DNA from: Octopus sinensis
Lineage: Eukaryota
DNA: 7,983 nt
Direction of reading: 5' to 3'
Assembly (NCBI RefSeq): GCF_006345805.1
Contig: NW_021828672.1
Location: forward strand, 1 to 7,983
Below the pieces are notes generated by a model. That model did not search any database, was not told the origin of the DNA, and was given only the letters and a program-made list of their open reading frames with translations. The position numbers and the translations under genes are program-made. Positions 7,129 through 7,983 of this stretch are shown here, piece after piece. How positions within the stretch are numbered: the first letter of the stretch is position 1; each line of letters starts with the position of its first letter.

Positions 7129-7275
7129 GTAATCGTAATAATAGTAATAATAATATTATGATAATAATAATACTAAATGATAATAATAATAGTATAATAA
7201 TATAATATAATAATAATAATAATTATTATTATTATGATAATAATTAATATAATAATAATAATAATAATAATTATG

Positions 7276-7321
<46 letters not shown>

Positions 7322-7352
7322 TAATAACAACAACAACAATAATAATAATAAT
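6859..7352. repeat. Long degenerate (AAT)n tract with an AAC patch at the end
   Basis: Polarity is opposite to the 2901-6163 field. Confidence 0.96.
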
Positions 7353-7397
7353 ATCAAATAGAAAAAACTAAGCATACATATATACACACATTTACTT

Positions 7398-7400
<3 letters not shown>

Positions 7401-7440
<40 letters not shown>

Positions 7441-7443
7441 TAT

Positions 7444-7490
<47 letters not shown>

Positions 7491-7505
7491 ACACACACAC
7501 CACAT
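7401..7505. repeat. Compound (CT)n-(CA)n microsatellite
   Basis: CT at about 7401-7428 and CA at about 7429-7505. Confidence 0.96.
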
Positions 7506-7605
7506 ACCACTATTCACAGTCGAGAAAGAGATTTGGCGCTTTCTGTCAGTCAGCTTATTTACATTTTCTTTTTCTGATACCTTCTGTTATAAAGCGACAT
7601 TTATC

Positions 7606-7621
7606 TGTGTGCGTGTGTGTT

Positions 7622-7660
<39 letters not shown>
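7606..7660. repeat. (GT)n microsatellite
   Basis: Direct reading. Confidence 0.96.
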
Positions 7661-7662
<2 letters not shown>

Positions 7663-7983
7663 TTGGGGGGGTGTTAAAATATTCCTTCTTAATCTTGCAA
7701 TTACTCTTCTTCGATCGAGCGGCGATGTTTTAAATCTTTTCGTCAAACAATGGCGCACAGGCTTCACTTTACCTTTCCTTTTCAAATATCCCTGAGACTT
7801 TTTACATATTTAAATATATTTCGCACATTACAGATTGTCACCGGAACAAAATGATAGAAAGGAAGATAAAAAGAAACAAAAAGACCCCCAAAAAATAGAC
7901 AGTTGTTGTCTGTCTGTTTAGTATTTACAGAAATATTAAAAGAGGGTGAAAAAAAAACCGGATTTCTTTATTTTAGCTTTCTC

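Noticed and set aside
7271-7795. ORFs 7271-7510 (-) and 7607-7795 (+), and a possible exon after ttacag at about 7828-7833
   Set aside because: The ORFs are dominated by repeats, and the reading after the AG hits stops quickly with no supporting donor or homology.
1-7983. CRISPR array or prokaryotic operon
   Set aside because: There is no repeat-spacer periodicity and no dense coding sequence. All content is of eukaryotic repeat type.

Overview
Eukaryotic, AT-rich, repeat-saturated DNA with no intact protein-coding gene. The repeat families resemble those I recall from octopus/coleoid cephalopod genomes (inference, not verified by search). From 5' to 3' the window holds: (1) a dead DD34D mariner transposase (3-752) with three in-frame stops, cut off by a (GT)n tract; (2) a complete tRNA-derived SINE (family A, +, 1192-1630) apparently nested in the internal microsatellite of an older antiparallel copy of the same family (911-1140 plus 1771-1900); (3) a unique island of about 750 bp with a G-U-compatible hairpin and a 14-bp triple repeat; (4) a second tRNA-derived SINE family (B), as a monomer (+, 2689-2900) and a dimer (-, 6494-6852); (5) a roughly 3.3-kb ATT-polarised microsatellite field containing two copies of an unclassified 550-bp element and two different 5'-truncated R4/Dong-like non-LTR retrotransposon ends; (6) AAT, CT, CA and GT microsatellites. 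The most interesting signal is a possible (TAA)n-targeted retroelement system: R4/Dong-like LINE remnants plus a putative non-autonomous 550-bp partner sharing the same array. Most ORFs in the supplied track are microsatellite artefacts.
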